This document shows, one piece after another, positions 61,497 to 64,000 of a DNA stretch of 64,000 nt (position 1 is the stretch's first letter; the number at the start of each line of letters is the position of its first letter). Source of the stretch: Candidatus Bathyarchaeia archaeon (GTDB lineage: Archaea > Thermoproteota > Bathyarchaeia > Bathyarchaeales > Bathycorpusculaceae); the NCBI GenBank assembly GCA_050010515.1, contig JBEKKX010000022.1, positions 1 through 64,000 of the forward strand, given 5' to 3'. The notes beneath the pieces were generated by a model. That model was not told where the DNA came from, did no database searches, and saw only the letters and a list, made by a program, of their open reading frames with translations. The translations under genes were made by a program, and so were the position numbers.

Positions 61497-61617
61497 AGCG
61501 TGTTATTTAATGCTATATTTTCTTACAGGTGTTCTAATGTTTCGAACGGCTGCTATGTTGATTTTTTGGGATAGTTCTTAAATTGTCGATGCGCTTTATT
61601 GGCGAGTGTGAAGGGCT

Positions 61618-62040
61618 TTGTCTGCCGACGAGTCTAAGGATGTGTTAAGAGGAACTACTCTTGAAGTCTACCGCTTCTTATTAAAGAGCAGCAAGCCTGT
61701 TGGCATTCGAGAGCTTCAAAGAGCCCTTAACTTGAGCAGTCCTTCAGTTGCGACGTATCATCTTTCTAAACTGGAGGACGCGGGTCTTCTGAAAAGGCAA
61801 GGCGGTGGTTACACTGTTGACCGGTTTCTTTTGGAAAACAGCGTAAAAATCAGCCGTTTCCTGATCCCAAGATATCTCTTCTACGCTATTTTCGCGTTTG
61901 CGGTCCTGCTTTTTGAATTGACGGTTATAAGACCGCCTGTTCTAACACGTGAATACGTCTTCTCCGTGGCTGCAACAGCCATATTTACCCTTGCTTTCTG
62001 CTACGAAACTGTTAAAACCTATCAAAGAGGCAGCTTGTAG
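61618..62040 (+). CDS. membrane-anchored winged-HTH regulator
   Basis: GTTLEVY, GIRELQRAL.LSSPS.A.YHL.KL plus 2 TM segments. Confidence 0.82.
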   Translation: MSADESKDVLRGTTLEVYRFLLKSSKPVGIRELQRALNLSSPSVATYHLSKLEDAGLLKRQGGGYTVDRFLLENSVKISRFLIPRYLFYAIFAFAVLLFELTVIRPPVLTREYVFSVAATAIFTLAFCYETVKTYQRGSL

Positions 62041-62188
62041 CACAAATGATGTTCTCGCATTCTGCTTACTTTTGTCGTTGGGAGAAACGGGAGTTCTTAT
62101 TTATAAATAAAATAGTACGTTGCCTTGTCCCGATATTACCTAAGAGCAGGGTCTCTAAATGGAACAATAACAGTGCTTTGGCTCTCGC

Positions 62189-62410
62189 CTATGCATCAGA
62201 TAAACCTGTGGGAAATTCCAGTTTCTTTCCTTTTTTTCCACACCAGTAGATGGCCCCAGCACCAACCCAGAGTAAAACTGCGATTACGGGTGCAAGTGGA
62301 TCGAACGAATAGTACCCAAGTAGGTTTGGTTCAGTTACATGTGCAGGAATCAATGAGGAAACCCCTAAAACTACGAAGATGGCTACTCCAGCCCAAAAAT
62401 ACCACTTCAT
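62189..62410 (-). CDS. small two-TM protein with NLLGYYSFDPLAP loop
   Basis: ATGA overlap with the radical SAM stop; related to 30953-31165. Confidence 0.65.
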   Translation of the reverse strand: MKWYFWAGVAIFVVLGVSSLIPAHVTEPNLLGYYSFDPLAPVIAVLLWVGAGAIYWCGKKGKKLEFPTGLSDA

Positions 62411-63579
62411 CCAACGCACCATCCGAAACGCTTCACATTATTCGGGTAAACATTCTCTTTCACCATCAAGTCACGCAAGCAAACAGGATCAGTCTCCAAA
62501 TAATCTCCTGTGCAAGCATAGGCTCTGCCTCTGCATCCTCCGCAGGACTCCCTATATTCGCAGGTTCCGCATTCTCCTCTCAACGCTTTTCTTTGCCTGA
62601 GATTGTTGAGGATTTTTGAGTTGCGCCAAATATCAGTTAGGCTTTGCTCGCGAATGTTTCCGGCTTTAATTGGCAAAAAAGTGCACGGGTAAACATCTCC
62701 GTCCGGACGTAAACTAAAGTATAATATGCCTGCATGGCATCCGACTGCGTTATGTATCCAGAACTCTTTAAGGAGTAAATCCTTTGGTTTTGTGTCGTGT
62801 GATTTGTGCATTTCCATGGCAATTTCTGGATAAAGCGGTTCTCCCCCTGACATGGTGAAAACCATTTCTGTTTCTTCCTGCATCGCTTGCAGGTACCGTA
62901 TTAAGCTAACTCTTTGCTCTTGAGTCATCGCCTGATCCATTACGTCTTTTCCTCGCCCAACTGGAACTAGGTCGTAAACGGCAAACTGGTCCACGCCTAA
63001 GTTGGCTAAAAATTCTATTCTCTTCGGCATCTCGTTAAACGTGTCTTTCAACGCCATTGTAGTTACGATTACTTTTAGGTCAACATCTGAGCAGGCTTGA
63101 ATTGCTGCTACTGCTTTTTTGAAGGTGCCTGGCACATTTCTAAGTTTGTCGTGGCTTTCAGGATTAATTGAGTCAATCGGTATGCCTATCGCTTTAATTC
63201 CTGCGTCCTTTAGTTCCAAGGCTACTTTATGGTTGATTAACACCCCATTTGAAAGCATAGCTGTTATAATTCCGACGTCGTCGCAGTATTCTGCAAGTGT
63301 CAAAACGAAGTCTTTTCTGAGAAGAGGTTCGCCGCCGCTGAAAATCAAAGCTTCGGTTCCAAGATTTGCCATCTCATCTATGGCATGCATTGCTTCTCTA
63401 ACGTTAAGCTCGTTTGGCAGGGCTTCTCTGGCTGAAACATGACAGTGAAGGCATCGAAGATTGCAGGCTTTAGTTACAGCGTACGATACAATAAGGGGAG
63501 TGTTGGATTCTCCTTCCAAACCCTTGCCTAAGAATTTTTGGCGAAGCATCAGATCAAGGAGTTTAAGTCCAGTTCCCAA
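62407..63579 (-). CDS. radical SAM/SPASM protein (AhbC/D-, PqqE-like)
   Basis: CNLRCLHC, SGGEP, GCHAG, VYPC, C..CEYRESCGGCR..DP.C. Confidence 0.9.
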   Translation of the reverse strand: MGTGLKLLDLMLRQKFLGKGLEGESNTPLIVSYAVTKACNLRCLHCHVSAREALPNELNVREAMHAIDEMANLGTEALIFSGGEPLLRKDFVLTLAEYCDDVGIITAMLSNGVLINHKVALELKDAGIKAIGIPIDSINPESHDKLRNVPGTFKKAVAAIQACSDVDLKVIVTTMALKDTFNEMPKRIEFLANLGVDQFAVYDLVPVGRGKDVMDQAMTQEQRVSLIRYLQAMQEETEMVFTMSGGEPLYPEIAMEMHKSHDTKPKDLLLKEFWIHNAVGCHAGILYFSLRPDGDVYPCTFLPIKAGNIREQSLTDIWRNSKILNNLRQRKALRGECGTCEYRESCGGCRGRAYACTGDYLETDPVCLRDLMVKENVYPNNVKRFGWCVG

Positions 63580-63615
63580 TATCCCTCACCGTTTTTTCCT
63601 CAAGTTTTGGAGAAT

Positions 63616-64000
63616 TTAGAGTTTGGGTCGTATCAGCCATAATTGAATCACTCTACGCAATACCCACGCTACTGCAAAAGTCATAGCCACCACTATCACT
63701 AAGATCATAATGTTGGGTCCAATGTCAAACGCGGATTCTGTAACTTGCGGTGGATCTAAATCGATGATTTTAACGCCTTGAATGGTCGCTAGTCCATCAT
63801 GCCCAATGTAGTATTCTGTTCCGTTAACGATGTTGCCTTGTGGGTTTTGAACGCCCTGAACCACGTTGACGCTTTGTTCGTAACCGTTAACGTAGAGGTG
63901 CATGCCCGTGGAATCTCGAGTGAATTCAACTTCAACCCACTGGTTTAGAGGAACCGGCTGTGTTGTCACTATCTCGTTGAATCCTCCACTGTCAGTTAAC
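63616..64000 (-). CDS. C-terminal part of a LamG-like membrane-anchored protein (extends beyond the window)
   Basis: LNQW..V.FT....M.LYVNG; C-terminal TM. Confidence 0.65.
   Translation of the reverse strand, partial: LTDSGGFNEIVTTQPVPLNQWVEVEFTRDSTGMHLYVNGYEQSVNVVQGVQNPQGNIVNGTEYYIGHDGLATIQGVKIIDLDPPQVTESAFDIGPNIMILVIVVAMTFAVAWVLRRVIQLWLIRPKL

Overview
Archaeal chromosomal window; gene content (TFB, SUI1, Trm1, MptE/RFAP synthase, archaeal LeuRS/IleRS, BHB-intron tRNA, many TTG starts) suggests Bathyarchaeia, which is an inference. About 2.4-20.0 kb is a 17.6-kb integrated element bounded by a 14-bp direct repeat (TTATTAGTCTCGAA at 2424-2437 and 20036-20049). It encodes a complete tyrosine integrase, a putative replicative helicase with inverted iteron-like repeats inside its ORF, small Zn-binding proteins, membrane and surface proteins, a second atypical tyrosine recombinase, a ParB-like protein and a divergent TFB-like protein. 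I recognise no capsid or conjugation genes. Two signals stand out. First, the 10-mer TTTTTCTATT lies 13-15 nt upstream of seven element start codons (8 nt for an eighth) on both strands, which may be the promoter read by the element's own TFB-like factor. Second, an 83/86-bp near-perfect inverted repeat brackets a 4.3-kb cassette. The rest is mostly housekeeping genes plus three tRNAs (Gln, a two-intron Tyr, Ala), an accessory stretch beside tRNA-Gln, an integrase remnant, and two loci pairing a radical SAM/SPASM gene with a related small membrane peptide. All calls come from motif reading by eye; no searches were run.
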